Source: Spirochaetia bacterium (GTDB lineage: Bacteria; Spirochaetota; Spirochaetia; SZUA-6; Bin103). From it: DNA of 64,000 nt. The stretch is taken from the NCBI GenBank assembly GCA_965198005.1, contig CBDAOI010000004.1:2368001-2432000 (forward strand), read 5' to 3'. Of this stretch, positions 41,681-52,276 are shown in pieces (position 1 is the first letter of the stretch; the number at the start of each line of letters is the position of its first letter). Below the pieces are notes generated by a model. The model was not told where the DNA came from, ran no database searches, and worked only from the letters and a program-made list of their open reading frames with translations. The position numbers and the translations under genes were made by a program.

Positions 41681-43735
41681 TTACTCCAGCAACGCCTTCA
41701 ACAGAGCGTCCGGCGTGTCCGAGTAGAACTGCACGTTGACCCTCGTTGCCATTTCGTCTGACAGCTCGAAGAGCTGCTTGCGAGCCGATACCGGGATCAG
41801 CACGGTATCCGCGCTCTTCTCGACCGCGGCTTCCACGATGCCGACGGCGTTTGCCAGTTGCTCCACCGATCCGCCGAGGTTCAGTGCTCCGACCACGATC
41901 AAGCCCCCCTTCAGGCTTTTCTCGAGGAGGGCTCCGCAGAGGGCAAGGAGTACCGGAAGGCCCAGTGACTCCCCTGCACGGTCGTTGTCCATGGCCCGCA
42001 GTTGTACCGAGAACTCCCGGGAGCGCGGCTCGCGATCGCCCACCAGCTCCCGCACCCGCGTGTAGAGGTTCTGTTCCGCGTACCTGGTGCTCTCGCGGAA
42101 CGTCGGCGGCACGGGCGCATTGAGAATCTTGACGCCGCTGCCGGGGCCCGCCGTAGCTTCGATGCGGTAGAGCGAGGGACCGGTCTCGGGGCCGCCGGGG
42201 CCGATGCCCCAAACCTGACCCGGTGGCAACGGATCCGGATCGATGGCGTCATCGCTGCGCAACTCGGGCGTGGCGACGAACTTCTCGATACCGTCTTCGC
42301 CCATGGCGTAGCTGAAGTGAGTATTGCGGAACTCGCTCTTGAATACCCGTTTCTGCTGTTCCTTGACCCGGCGGCGGACTTCGAGAGCAACGCGCACCAG
42401 CTCCTCCAAGTCCTCGTCCGGAATTTCCATCTTGGGGTCCGGGTAGAGCAGCTTGAGCAGGCCGCTTACCGTCTTGTTGACCGCCGTGATATCCCGTCCG
42501 CTGAGAGCGCCGCCGTAGTTGACCCTGCCCTGGAGCGTCTGCAACCGGGAGCCGATACGCAGTCGGCTCCAGCACTCCGCCAGAAAATCGCTGACCAAGC
42601 CGAAGTGGCCGGTGAAGTGCTCGTTCGGATTGAGCTTCGGAAACTCCCAGCCTGGGACGTAAGCGTGGATCCGATCCATGAACGCGGTGTCGTCGCGCAT
42701 ATCTGCAGACAATGGGCTGAACAGGTGTCCAACACGCTGCTGGTGCTCTACCTCCACGTCGAGGTTGCCCACCATGGCGATGCCGCCGTCGGCGCGGATG
42801 CTCTCCTTGCCGCGCGAGAACTCACCGGACTCCATATAGCCCTTGAGGATGTTCACGCCGTCCTTCTGGTCGAAGGAGACGCCGGAGATCTCATCGAAAC
42901 ACACCACGTCGTACTGGCACACGAGGCCGCGCTGACCGTTGGCGTTGTTGACGAACATCTTCGCCACGGTTGCCCTGCCGCCGGAGATCAGGTGGGCGTA
43001 GGGGGAAATCTGTTGAAACAGGTGGCTCTTGCCGGTGCCTCGTGGCCCCAGTTCGACCAGGTTGTAGTTGCGCTCGACGAACGGCGCCATGCGGATCAGC
43101 GCGATCATCTGCGCACGCTCGGAGAGCGCCGCCGGCTCCAGTCCGATGCTGCGCAGCAGAAGCCGCTTCCACTCTGCGCAGGTAAATTCATTGCGCCCCC
43201 GCAGCAGCGTACCCAACACGTCGGCCTTCGAGAGCTGAATGGCGCGGAGCCCTTCTATGGCGAACGGGCGCCCGTTCTTTTCTTGAGCGATGACGGCGTC
43301 ATAGCTGAGCGTGACCTCGGCGTAAAAGCCATCGGTCAACATACGCTCGTGCTTTTTCACCAGGTAGTCGTCGATACGGACGTCCCGCAACCCTAGGCTG
43401 GGGAGTTCGGCGATCAGCGAATCGGTCTTGGCGTCGAGCCTCGCCTTGACGATGTCGATCAGCTTGATGGAGCCTCGATCCCTGGCCCGCGCCTTGAACA
43501 GCTCTTCCTCGCCGGTGCGGACGGCTCGATCGGCGAGTTGCCGTTCGACGATCGCCAGCCCGTCCTCGATCTCCTGCTCGTCGGTCGTGGCGCAGTAACG
43601 TCCGAGCAGAAACTCGACGACGTAGGTGGGAACCGGGTATTGGCGGCTGTACTTGCGAACCAGGTCCTTGCGGACCAGATAGCCGTCGAACGCAGTGGCC
43701 GCTCGCTGGTCCAAGTCATCCAGTTGCAGACTCAC
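41681..43735 (-). CDS. brxL: BREX system Lon-like protein BrxL
   Basis: VRKDLV, VPTYVVEFLLGRYC, ELGPRGTGKSH, FDEI, DTAFMDRIH.Y.PGWE, C-terminal Lon-like domain. Confidence 0.93.
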   Translation of the reverse strand: MSLQLDDLDQRAATAFDGYLVRKDLVRKYSRQYPVPTYVVEFLLGRYCATTDEQEIEDGLAIVERQLADRAVRTGEEELFKARARDRGSIKLIDIVKARLDAKTDSLIAELPSLGLRDVRIDDYLVKKHERMLTDGFYAEVTLSYDAVIAQEKNGRPFAIEGLRAIQLSKADVLGTLLRGRNEFTCAEWKRLLLRSIGLEPAALSERAQMIALIRMAPFVERNYNLVELGPRGTGKSHLFQQISPYAHLISGGRATVAKMFVNNANGQRGLVCQYDVVCFDEISGVSFDQKDGVNILKGYMESGEFSRGKESIRADGGIAMVGNLDVEVEHQQRVGHLFSPLSADMRDDTAFMDRIHAYVPGWEFPKLNPNEHFTGHFGLVSDFLAECWSRLRIGSRLQTLQGRVNYGGALSGRDITAVNKTVSGLLKLLYPDPKMEIPDEDLEELVRVALEVRRRVKEQQKRVFKSEFRNTHFSYAMGEDGIEKFVATPELRSDDAIDPDPLPPGQVWGIGPGGPETGPSLYRIEATAGPGSGVKILNAPVPPTFRESTRYAEQNLYTRVRELVGDREPRSREFSVQLRAMDNDRAGESLGLPVLLALCGALLEKSLKGGLIVVGALNLGGSVEQLANAVGIVEAAVEKSADTVLIPVSARKQLFELSDEMATRVNVQFYSDTPDALLKALLE

Positions 43736-45897
43736 TCCTCACCTCCGATGATCGTCGATTGCTTGGCGATGACCCGGCCCTCAGCGTCCAGAACGACGAC
43801 GACGGCTGATGCGCCTTCAAGGTCGTCGTCAGCCACCAGCAGGCTGGCCGCTCCGGCGTCGTCGACCGGCCGCGACGTGCTGACGCTGCTCGTCGCGTCG
43901 CCCACTCGCCCGCGCAGATCAACGTGTAGCTGCCCCTCCGCACCATCGACCCGCACGCGGCAACGCAATCCAACCCAGACGACGTCCGTGATTTTCGGGT
44001 GGGTCACGGGAGAACGCCTGGCGGCAGTGACCCGAACGCTCGGGATCAGGCTCTCCTGCAGGCTCACCCCGCCGTGAGCGTATTCGTGGCCGGCACCGAA
44101 GCAGGCGATACCGCGTGCGACCGCGACCTGCGCCTGGGCGTTCCAGTGCCAACTGACGACCGGCGTCTCCACCGTGGATTCGCCGGCGATGGCCGCGCAC
44201 CGCGCCCAACGGCTCCTGGTGAGGTACTTGGGAAGATCGACCTTCGGCAGCCCGCCCGGGAGCCACAGCCAGCCGTGATCGGTTACCACCCGCACCTCAC
44301 GCCAGCCGGCGGCGCAGAGCGATTCGACGCGTTCGACGAGCAACTCGATCTGACTGTCGATCGCGGCAGCGAGGGCACCCTTCAGCGAGTGTCCGAGGCG
44401 GTCGATCTGTCCGCTTTCGGTCCACGCGCGCCCGGCCGGGTCTCCCGTGTCCGTCGCGCCAAGGTATGCGAAGCCGGCTTCGGCCAGGAGCCTACGGAAT
44501 CGGTCGGGGGTGAGCGGGCGCCGGTCAGCCGCCGTCACGGGCCGGAAATCGTCGCCCGGCGATACGCCGGTGATCCCGGCTCTTACTGGCGAAACAGCCG
44601 GCTTCGCAGTTGCCGTCACCGTGGGGAGTCCCGACCACCGAGTGGTCGCCGTCACCGAGAGCCCGCGTGTGCGCAACCGCTCGATCAGGCGCTGGGCAAG
44701 ATCGAAGCGGAGACCGTCGGCGAACAGCATGACGGTCCCCGACTCGACGTTCGTATCGTAATCGTACGACGCCTCACCGTCACGGATGGCGCCCGAATCG
44801 GTTGCCTCCAGCGACTGCAGATGAATGGCCGCAGCCTCCAACCAGGGCCGGTAGATCGCATCCAGGGCGCGGCTCACCGCACGCGTGTCGGCCGTTGTCT
44901 TCACCGCGGCCATGCTGGACAGGGCCGCGGCATCGATTTCCCAGGCGCCGGCCGCGTATGACCGGGCCATCTCCGCCGCGTTCCTGCCACCGAGTTCCTT
45001 CGACGCTCGCTCCGCGATCACCGCCAAGTGGGCAATGGCGTGGGCCAGCGGCGCCTCGTGGAGCTTCGCCCACACCCAGTCGCGCCGCTCTGCGTGCCGG
45101 TGCTCGAGTTCGATTACCCGCGCGCGCGCAGCCGGAGGCGGCTGGCCTTCAAGTTCGAGGAGAGCCCGCCGTAACTCGTCTTCATCCGTCTTGTTGTCCT
45201 GGGGCCAGGAAGATCGCTCCACGAACAGCTCGTCCGGCTTTGCGCGGCGCAGCAGTTCCGAGATGCCCCCATACAACGCCGGCGACTCTACGAAGCGGTT
45301 CCAGATCGACACCCATGCCCCTTCGCGACGGCCGAGCCGCTCCGCCGCGGCGAGCTCCCCGTCCTTCTCCGGATCGAAACCGAGAACGGCCTTGCACCGC
45401 GACCGGAACGCACTCCAGCGTGCGGCTTCCCATCCGTCCCTCACGCCCGCAGCATCGTTCAGCCATACCAGGAGGTCCCGGTCCGGATCCGAGGAAAACA
45501 GCCGGTCGAAGTCCTCGGCTTCGATGCGCCGCCCCCTGAGTGCGCGCACCGGTGTCGTCGCCAACTCCGTCAGTGCACGCAGCATCGACCGTCGCGTATC
45601 CGCGTCGCGAGCGACATCCAGTCCGAGACCGCCGTCGTTGGACACCAGAAACGCCTCCACCGTCCAGTCTCGCCCGCTCTTCTGTGTCCAGCAGACGCCG
45701 CGGTACTGGAGTTCGACCAGCGGTTTCAGGTGGTCGGGACAGGTGTCCGCGGCGCCGAGTACCTGCCGGCTTACGGCGGGCAGGTAAATGGTCGGCGTTA
45801 CATCGTCGGGAATCAGGGGAGACTCCAAGGTTCGTTCGATCATGCAACGCAGCCAGATTGCCGGTCCCGTACGAAGCTCGGGATCGAACTCGCGTAG
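43732..45897 (-). CDS. pglZ: BREX-1 phosphatase PglZ type B, 5' truncated
   Basis: FDPELRTGPAIWLRC upstream in frame, LVELQYRG, LFADGLRFD, LPTVTATAKPAVSP, VVTDHGW, YAHGG. Confidence 0.9.
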   Translation of the reverse strand, partial: LREFDPELRTGPAIWLRCMIERTLESPLIPDDVTPTIYLPAVSRQVLGAADTCPDHLKPLVELQYRGVCWTQKSGRDWTVEAFLVSNDGGLGLDVARDADTRRSMLRALTELATTPVRALRGRRIEAEDFDRLFSSDPDRDLLVWLNDAAGVRDGWEAARWSAFRSRCKAVLGFDPEKDGELAAAERLGRREGAWVSIWNRFVESPALYGGISELLRRAKPDELFVERSSWPQDNKTDEDELRRALLELEGQPPPAARARVIELEHRHAERRDWVWAKLHEAPLAHAIAHLAVIAERASKELGGRNAAEMARSYAAGAWEIDAAALSSMAAVKTTADTRAVSRALDAIYRPWLEAAAIHLQSLEATDSGAIRDGEASYDYDTNVESGTVMLFADGLRFDLAQRLIERLRTRGLSVTATTRWSGLPTVTATAKPAVSPVRAGITGVSPGDDFRPVTAADRRPLTPDRFRRLLAEAGFAYLGATDTGDPAGRAWTESGQIDRLGHSLKGALAAAIDSQIELLVERVESLCAAGWREVRVVTDHGWLWLPGGLPKVDLPKYLTRSRWARCAAIAGESTVETPVVSWHWNAQAQVAVARGIACFGAGHEYAHGGVSLQESLIPSVRVTAARRSPVTHPKITDVVWVGLRCRVRVDGAEGQLHVDLRGRVGDATSSVSTSRPVDDAGAASLLVADDDLEGASAVVVVLDAEGRVIAKQSTIIGGEE

Positions 45898-45904
45898 CTA
45901 TGCC

Positions 45905-46370
45905 GATATCGGCATAGCTGCTCGAGTTCGACCGCCGCCACGGCTGGGAAGGCTTCCGCTCGTGCGCCCACTGGCTCAACTGGCGCACCGGCCTCGACCT
46001 CGGCGCCGCGCGCGAGAAGCTGCGCGTGGCCGCCGCCCTGGCCGACCTCAACCACGTGAGCGCCGCCATGGCCTGCGGCGTGCTGTCCTATTCGAAGGTA
46101 CGGGCGCTTTCTCGGGTGGCGACCCCGCGCACCGAGGCGCGGCTGCTGGCGGTGGCGTGCGGCGCGACCGCCGAGCAGGTGGAGCGGCTGGTGCGCGGCT
46201 GGCGGCGGGTGGACCGGGAGCAAGCGGCGGCCGGCGACGATGGCGCGCAGGTACGCTTGGCGCGGCGCGGGTTGAGCCTGCGGGTGGACGAAGACGGGAT
46301 GGTGGTGCTGCGCGGGCGGTTGCTGCCGGAGGTGGGGGCGGTGGTGCTGCGGGCGCTGGAGGCTGGGCAC
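45905..46370 (+). pseudogene. DUF222 (HNH-associated) protein fragment
   Basis: EFDRR.GWEGFRSCAHWLNWRTGLDLGAAREKLRVAAAL, G.LSYSKVRAL.RVAT. Confidence 0.8.
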
Positions 46371-46374
46371 GACC

Positions 46375-47286
46375 CGCGGTACCGTCGGCAAGTGGCGGCG
46401 ACGTTTTCTGCGCGACGGTTGCGATGGCTTACTGGACGAGCCGCGACCGGGAGCGCCGCGCACGATTGGGGACGACGACGTGGAGCGGGTGGTGGTGCAA
46501 ACCTTGGAGACGATCCCGGCAGGTGCTACGCATTGGAGCACGCGCTCGATGGCCAAGGCGTGTGGGCTGAGCGCGGCGACGATAAGCCGCATCTGGCGTG
46601 CGTTCGGTCTGAAGCCGCATCGCTGCGAGACCTTCAAGCTGTCGCGCGATCCGCTGTTCAGCGAGAAGGTACGCGACATCGTGGGTCTGTACCTGCATCC
46701 GCCCGAGCGTGCGGTGGTGTTGTGCGTCGACGAGAAGCCGCAGATTCAAGCGTTGGAGCGCAGCCAGCCGGTGCTGCCGATGCGTCCAGGGCTCCCGGAG
46801 CGGCGCACCCACGACTACCGCCGGCACGGAACCACATCGTTGTTTGCGGCCCTGGACGTAGCCACCGGTGAGGTGCTCGGCAGATGCTTCCCGCGCCACC
46901 GGGCGGTGGAGTTCCGCAGGTTCCTCGACGACATCGCCAAAGCCGTCCCGGAGGATCTCGACATTCATCTGGTGCTGGACAACTACGGCACTCACAAGAC
47001 GGCGATGATTCACGATTGGCTGGTTGGCCAGCCGCGCTTCCACCTGCACTTCACACCCACGAGCGCATCGTGGATCAACCAGGTCGAACGGTGGTTCGCG
47101 GCGATCACCGAACGGCAGATCCGGCGCGGCACGCACCGCAGCACCACGGAGCTGGAACAGGCGATAGAGGAGTACCTGAGGGTCCACAACGAGAACTCAA
47201 AGCCGTTCATCTGGACCAAGAGCGCCGACCATATCCTCGAATCACTCAAGATTTACTGCGAACGGATTTCTGAGACAGGACACTAG
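46375..47286 (+). mobile_element. IS630 family transposase (5' truncated/frameshifted)
   Basis: [63 protein letters not shown]. Confidence 0.93.
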
Positions 47287-47316
47287 CTGATCGTCACCTG
47301 GGCAGTGCGTGCTTGC

Positions 47317-47760
47317 TTACAACAGCTTATCTACGGCAACCAGGATCGCCACGGCAGCAGCGATAGCGGCTCCCAGACGGATGGTCAGCCGCTCCTGGAC
47401 CTTGCTGATCTCGCCGCGCAGGCTGGCCGCCATCTCATTCATATCGCCGCGCAGGCTGGCCGCCATCTCATGCATCTCGCCCCGCAGGCTGGCACCCATC
47501 TCATTCATATCGCCGCGCAGGGTTGCGAGCTCTTCCTTGGTCGCAAGGGTTGCGAGCTCGCGGCGCAGGGTTGCGAGCTCTTCCTTGGTCGCAAGGGTTG
47601 CGAGCTCGCGGCGGATGCCGGCGATGTCGTCCTTGGTGGCGAGGTTCTCGACCATGCCCTCGGCAAAGGTCGAGACCAGCACGCGCGCCTTGGTCTCGTC
47701 GAAGCCCGCTTCTTCCTGCAGCCGAGTCGCCGCCTTGAGCGTATCGAAGGCTACCGCCAC
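47317..47760 (-). CDS. DUF1640/CCDC90-like coiled-coil protein with tandem repeats
   Basis: AFDTLK...L.EAGF, LATKDDI, ELATLATKE repeats, 11-aa repeats, C-terminal TM; GTG start after TAGGAT. Confidence 0.85.
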   Translation of the reverse strand: MAVAFDTLKAATRLQEEAGFDETKARVLVSTFAEGMVENLATKDDIAGIRRELATLATKEELATLRRELATLATKEELATLRGDMNEMGASLRGEMHEMAASLRGDMNEMAASLRGEISKVQERLTIRLGAAIAAAVAILVAVDKLL

Positions 47761-48275
47761 GCCGGCCATCCTACCCCCTCGGCGGCGCCCTGTACACCAC
47801 GATTCGTCACGTCGCTCATGTCAATGTACAACAGGCCACGCGCGCTGGCGCTTCAACCCGCGGCGGCGGGTGGCTCGAGGGCGCTCCGGCGGCGGCACAT
47901 GGCGCGCTCGATGCTGACGCGGGAGATCTGGCGACGATACGCGCCGCTGGGGAGCGGCCTGCAAGGGACGGTCTCGACCGACTGACGGCGCGCTTGGATG
48001 GCGCTGGCGCCGGTGCCTGACGGCACCCGTTGCGGCGGCGCCGACTTGAGCCAAGGGGTTCGGCGCCGGCCCGGCTGGCGCGCGTGCCGAAGGTGCCGAA
48101 GGTCGCCGGCGGCGGCGTGGCCCCAGCAGATCGCGCTCTCGCGGCCGTTGGCGAACACCGGCCGGTACTGATCCCTAACACGCCGCCGCGGGCCGCGCGC
48201 CGACAATGAAGGTGAGTCGTCCGCTCCGGGTGCCGCTCGTCTCGCTCTGCCGGCACGAGCGGAAACCATCACTAC

Positions 48276-48722
48276 ATGAGGGAGAATGCATTGGACCATT
48301 TGAACAAGAAACCGATCTGCACCGTCCCGCTGGTGCTGATGCTGGCCGTGATGCTGGCCGGAATCGCGCTGCCGGCCGGCGCCGACGACCAGCCGGCCAG
48401 CGCCGCCGCGAGTATCTTCAAGCCTCCCCCGGATCAACGCTGGGAGTACCTGATCCTGGCAATCGAACCCGAGTCGGAGAATATCTTCTTTGGCAACTAC
48501 CTCACGTCGCAAGCGGAAGACGACATGGTTCAAGCCGAGATCACGCACTTGAGGTCGCACGTCGACTGGGCCAACACCGACTGGGGCGGCCGCATCCTGC
48601 TGTACATGACCGTCCTCGGCCAGTGGGGCTGGGAAGCGATGTCGTTCGACACGTCGTACATGTCCTCCTCCCAGTACATCCTCATGTTCAAGCGCCAGAT
48701 CGGCAGAGACTACGACCACTAG
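48276..48722 (+). CDS. Secreted hypothetical protein, DUF4177-like
   Basis: Signal peptide; WEYLIL ... LGQWGWEAMSF ... LMFKR. Confidence 0.65.
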   Translation: MRENALDHLNKKPICTVPLVLMLAVMLAGIALPAGADDQPASAAASIFKPPPDQRWEYLILAIEPESENIFFGNYLTSQAEDDMVQAEITHLRSHVDWANTDWGGRILLYMTVLGQWGWEAMSFDTSYMSSSQYILMFKRQIGRDYDH

Positions 48723-48878
48723 CCGCAGAAGGGCCTCATGCTGGGACTGTCGCTCGGCGACAACGAGAGCGCCGGCAATGGAATCCGAAAAGCGCGCTCG
48801 GTGGGCAATGAATGACTCTCATGCCATTCAATGAGCATCCGTTGACACAGCCACCTGTATGGATTACGCTCATGCGTC

Positions 48879-49589
48879 ATGATCACGACTCGAAAGCTAT
48901 CCATTGCGCTCTGCGCTACTCTGTTGCTGGCCCCGCTCGGCCTCCTGACGGCCCAGACCCACGGCGACACCGGCGGATTCTATCTCGGCGCCAGCTACGG
49001 CGTGGCGCTCCCCGCGGAGAGAGATATTTCCGATCATTCGAAGACGAGCACGTTCGCCATTCAGAGCGACTTCGGTTTCTTCGGGGGCCAGATTGAGGTC
49101 GGCTACGCGATCAGTGGGTTCCGGCCGGGGATCTCGGTCGGCTACCACCGCGCGTCCATTCCGTCCATCAGATTCAAGAAACTTGTCGGCGCATCCGAAG
49201 AGGATCTGAAAACCGTGAACGACCGAATCAACGAGGCCGACATCGACGGTTCGGTCAGCTCCCTGGAGTTGGCGGCAAGCGTCTACTACGACATTGACAC
49301 TGGCACGCCGATCACCCCCTACATCGGCATCGGCGGGGGGATTTCGAACGTCTCCGTGAAACTGACGGTACCGGATCTCCCTCCAATCTCGGTCGTAGTG
49401 GGCGATGCGCTGTGGGCGGTCGCATTCAAGGGGGCCGCCGGTATCGGTTACGCGGTCACCGAGCAGATGACCTGCTTCCTAGGCTACCGGTTGACCGGCA
49501 CGTTCGAGGGCGAATTCAGCAAGGACAAAACAATTCTGTTGACGGCACTGATCCACAACGTCGAGGCGGGGCTCCGCTTCCGCTTCTGA
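48879..49589 (+). CDS. Outer-membrane beta-barrel protein (OmpA-like/porin family)
   Basis: Signal peptide, GFYLGASYG, VYYDI, ITPYIGIGGG, GYR, C-terminal GLRFRF. Confidence 0.85.
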   Translation: MITTRKLSIALCATLLLAPLGLLTAQTHGDTGGFYLGASYGVALPAERDISDHSKTSTFAIQSDFGFFGGQIEVGYAISGFRPGISVGYHRASIPSIRFKKLVGASEEDLKTVNDRINEADIDGSVSSLELAASVYYDIDTGTPITPYIGIGGGISNVSVKLTVPDLPPISVVVGDALWAVAFKGAAGIGYAVTEQMTCFLGYRLTGTFEGEFSKDKTILLTALIHNVEAGLRFRF

Positions 49590-49629
49590 GTCGACCGCGG
49601 CGCGGGCCAGAGCAGAGACCCCAGCCGGT

Positions 49630-49825
49630 CGCTGAGGAACTCCGATTTTCGCGCAGGACGATGGTGCCGGTGTCGATCAGGAGGTCGTTGGGGCGTTGCG
49701 GATCGAGGCGGATGCTGCCCTGGCTTTCGGTCAGCAGGCGCATCACCTGGTCCACCGGCACCTGCTGCATGCGGGCGAACTCGACCCGCACCACGCCGCG
49801 CTGCTCGCGCAGGCAGGAAGGTATT
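49630..49825 (-). pseudogene. Transcription-repair coupling factor (Mfd/TRCF) C-terminal fragment
   Basis: LREQRGVVRVEFAR...VPVDQVMRLL.ES.GSIRLDP.RPN resembles the TRCF tail. Confidence 0.45.
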
Positions 49826-50024
49826 CCGGGGGGTTCGGGAGCAGACCAAAGTGCCCGCAAGGACGTCACAGCGCGCCTCTCAACCGTCTGGGCAGGATGA
49901 CACGGACCTCTCCGGCCGCGCCCTCGCGATCCTCGAAGTGCTGGTCCGCTACAAGACGCAGCCGATCATCGATTCGTTGCTCGACACCGCCGACCGACCC
50001 GAGCTCCCGTACATCTTCAGCCTG

Positions 50025-50160
50025 CGCAAGGATCAGGAAGTTGGGGATGGTCGCGCACACGTGCAGGCGGGCGGTCGTGGCCACCGGACCCTTGGGGTTG
50101 TGCGGGGGCCACGGTGATTCCGTACATCTCCGCCAGCGCGGCGATGCGGCGCAGCTTGAG
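50025..50160 (-). pseudogene. Mandelate racemase/galactonate dehydratase family fragment
   Basis: LRRIAALAEMYGITVA / PHNPKGPVAT.A.LHV..TIPNFLI. Confidence 0.7.
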
Positions 50161-50199
50161 CCCCGGCGACGGAGGGCAGGGCAACGAGCCTGTCGCTGG

Positions 50200-51211
50200 T
50201 CACCAGCTTCGGGTGCCTTGCAGGGAGATGGTGTGCTGCGGGTCGGCGCCAAGCGTGGTCTCGTGGCGGGTGCCCTCGAGGCTGAGGGTGAGGCCGCGGC
50301 CTCGGGGCGGTGGTGATGGTGAGGCGGTAGCCGAGGCGGTAGTCGCGGCTGCCGTCGGCCAGACCCAGCCCGAGGTAGGGGGTGCCGACCCCCGCGGCGC
50401 CGAACAGCGGCAGGCCGTAGGCGGCCTCGGCGGTCAGCCGGGCGCCGGGATCGGCGCGGGCGGCGTCCGCGGTCAGGCCGGCCATGGTGGGCCGGCTGTG
50501 GAGCGCGTGCGCGCCGCTGGTCGCGGTCCCGCCCCAGGCGGGGGCGAGGGCCAGCGACAGGCCGAGGTCGGAGGCGGGGTCGGGATCGTAGCTGAGCGAG
50601 CCGGCCACGCCCCAGTCGGGGAAGACGGCCTTGTGCACCAGCAGCCCATGACCGCTGACCTGCGCGGCGAGCCCAAGCGCCGGGGCGGTCCAGCGCAGGC
50701 TGCCGCTGAGGTCCAGGCCGAGGCCGGTGCCCGCCGTCGTGGCGCACGGCCAATTCCGCGGTGGGCGTGAGCCGTCCGCCGGCGCCCACGGCCAGCGCGT
50801 AGCTGCCTTCCAGGCCCAGCCGCAGCCGGCTCACGTCCGCCGCCGCCGCCGCCAGGCCGGGCGTTGCCTTCAGGCTGGTGCGTAGCACCAGCGCGTCCAG
50901 GTTCAGCGCCGGCCCGGCGCCGCCCGCGGAGTCGGGCGCCAGCACCTCGCCACGCGCGCCGCCCGCGCCCAGCAGCAGCCGGATACCCGGATTCCGCTCT
51001 CCAGCGGCTCGTCGCCGGGCGCGGTCAGCGTCAGCACGCCCTGGCCGTAGCCGGCGGCGCCCCACAGCGCCAGCGGCCCCGCGGCGTAGCCGACGTAGGG
51101 ATAGCCGCCCACCAGCCACGAGCGCAGCGCGCCGTCCGCCGCCAGCGACCGGTAGCTGCCGCCGCCGCTCTCGTGGTAGGCCAGCGCCAGCCCCGCCAGC
51201 CAGCCGCCGCC
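50200..51211 (-). repeat. Duplicated, frameshifted 3' part of the autotransporter beta-barrel
   Basis: Highly similar and collinear to 52748-53755, with several small indels. Confidence 0.9.
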
Positions 51212-51799
51212 CAGACCTGGAGCGACGTGCCGCCCGAGAATGGCCGGCTGCTGCAGATCGCCTGGCTGCGCCGGCAGATGCCGGGGATGCCGTTCGGCCA
51301 GTGCATGACCATTCCGCACAGCCTGGGGCTGCAGCGACGCGGCGACCAAATGGTGTTGACTGCTGCCCTGGTACGCGAGCTGGAGAGCCTGCGGGTGGAG
51401 CGCTGGGAGATCGCGGACACGGAGATCACGCCGGCGCGGCCGCTCGAGGCCGAGGTGAGCGGCGAGCTGCTGGACGTCGAGGCGGAGCTGGATCTGGGCA
51501 CCGCCGATTGCGTGGGCGTGGTGGTGCGCGGCGTGCCGGTGTTCTAAGACCGGCGCCTGGACGCGCTGTGCTGCGGCGGCTACACGGTGCCGCTGCCGGC
51601 TCCGGAAGGCCCCTTCAGGTGGCGGATTCTGGTGGATCGTGCCTCGCTGGAGCTGTACGCGGATGACGGCGCGTTGACCATCGCCGCGGGCATCATCCTG
51701 CCGGAGTGGGAATCAGCCGTGCGGCTGGTGGCTGCCGGCGGTAGCGCCGTGGCGCGACGGGTGACGGTGGCGCGCCTGCGGTCAGCGTGGCCGGTATGA
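51212..51799 (+). pseudogene. GH32 (levanase/invertase) C-terminal fragment with an internal stop
   Basis: QTWSD..GR..QIAW...MPGMPF.Q.MT.P, RILVDRASLELY.DDG; TAA at 51545. Confidence 0.75.
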
Positions 51800-51875
51800 G
51801 TCTCTCCGTGACCCCGATCGCGGGGGCCCTTGGCGCAGAAGTCGCCGGCGTGGATCTCAGCCGCTGGCTGGACAC
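51796..51875 (+). pseudogene. TauD-like dioxygenase, N-terminal fragment
   Basis: MSLSVTPIAGALGAEVAGVDLS. Confidence 0.65.
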
Positions 51876-52276
51876 TCGCTGCGGTAGCCGGCGGGTGGCA
51901 GCGGGGAGGCGCCGGCGGCATGTTCGCGCTTGCCGGCGTACAGGGCCGGGTCGGGCGGTGACTGAAAGCTGATCAAACGCGCCGGAGCGCCGGAGTCGTT
52001 GACCGTGCCGTGCACTTCCCCCACCGGCACGAAGATCCCCTCGCCGGCCTCGATTGGCGTGTAGACATCTCCCTGGCGGACGGAGCCGCCGCCCTCCAGC
52101 ACGACGATCATGTCTTCCGATTCGTCGTGCAGGTGCTGGGTGAACTCCTGGCCCGGCTCGTGCAGGCCGTGGTTGAGGGTGAGCCGGCGGGCACCCATCT
52201 CCGGGTGCGCGATGCGCCAGTTGCTGCCCTTGCCCATGCGGAAGGCGCGGCCCGCGTACAGGTCGAGGAATTGCAT
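51857..52276 (-). CDS. Cupin-domain protein (probably 3' truncated)
   Basis: HLHDESED.IVVLEG, G.GIFVP.GEVHG. Confidence 0.75.
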   Translation of the reverse strand: MQFLDLYAGRAFRMGKGSNWRIAHPEMGARRLTLNHGLHEPGQEFTQHLHDESEDMIVVLEGGGSVRQGDVYTPIEAGEGIFVPVGEVHGTVNDSGAPARLISFQSPPDPALYAGKREHAAGASPLPPAGYRSECPASG

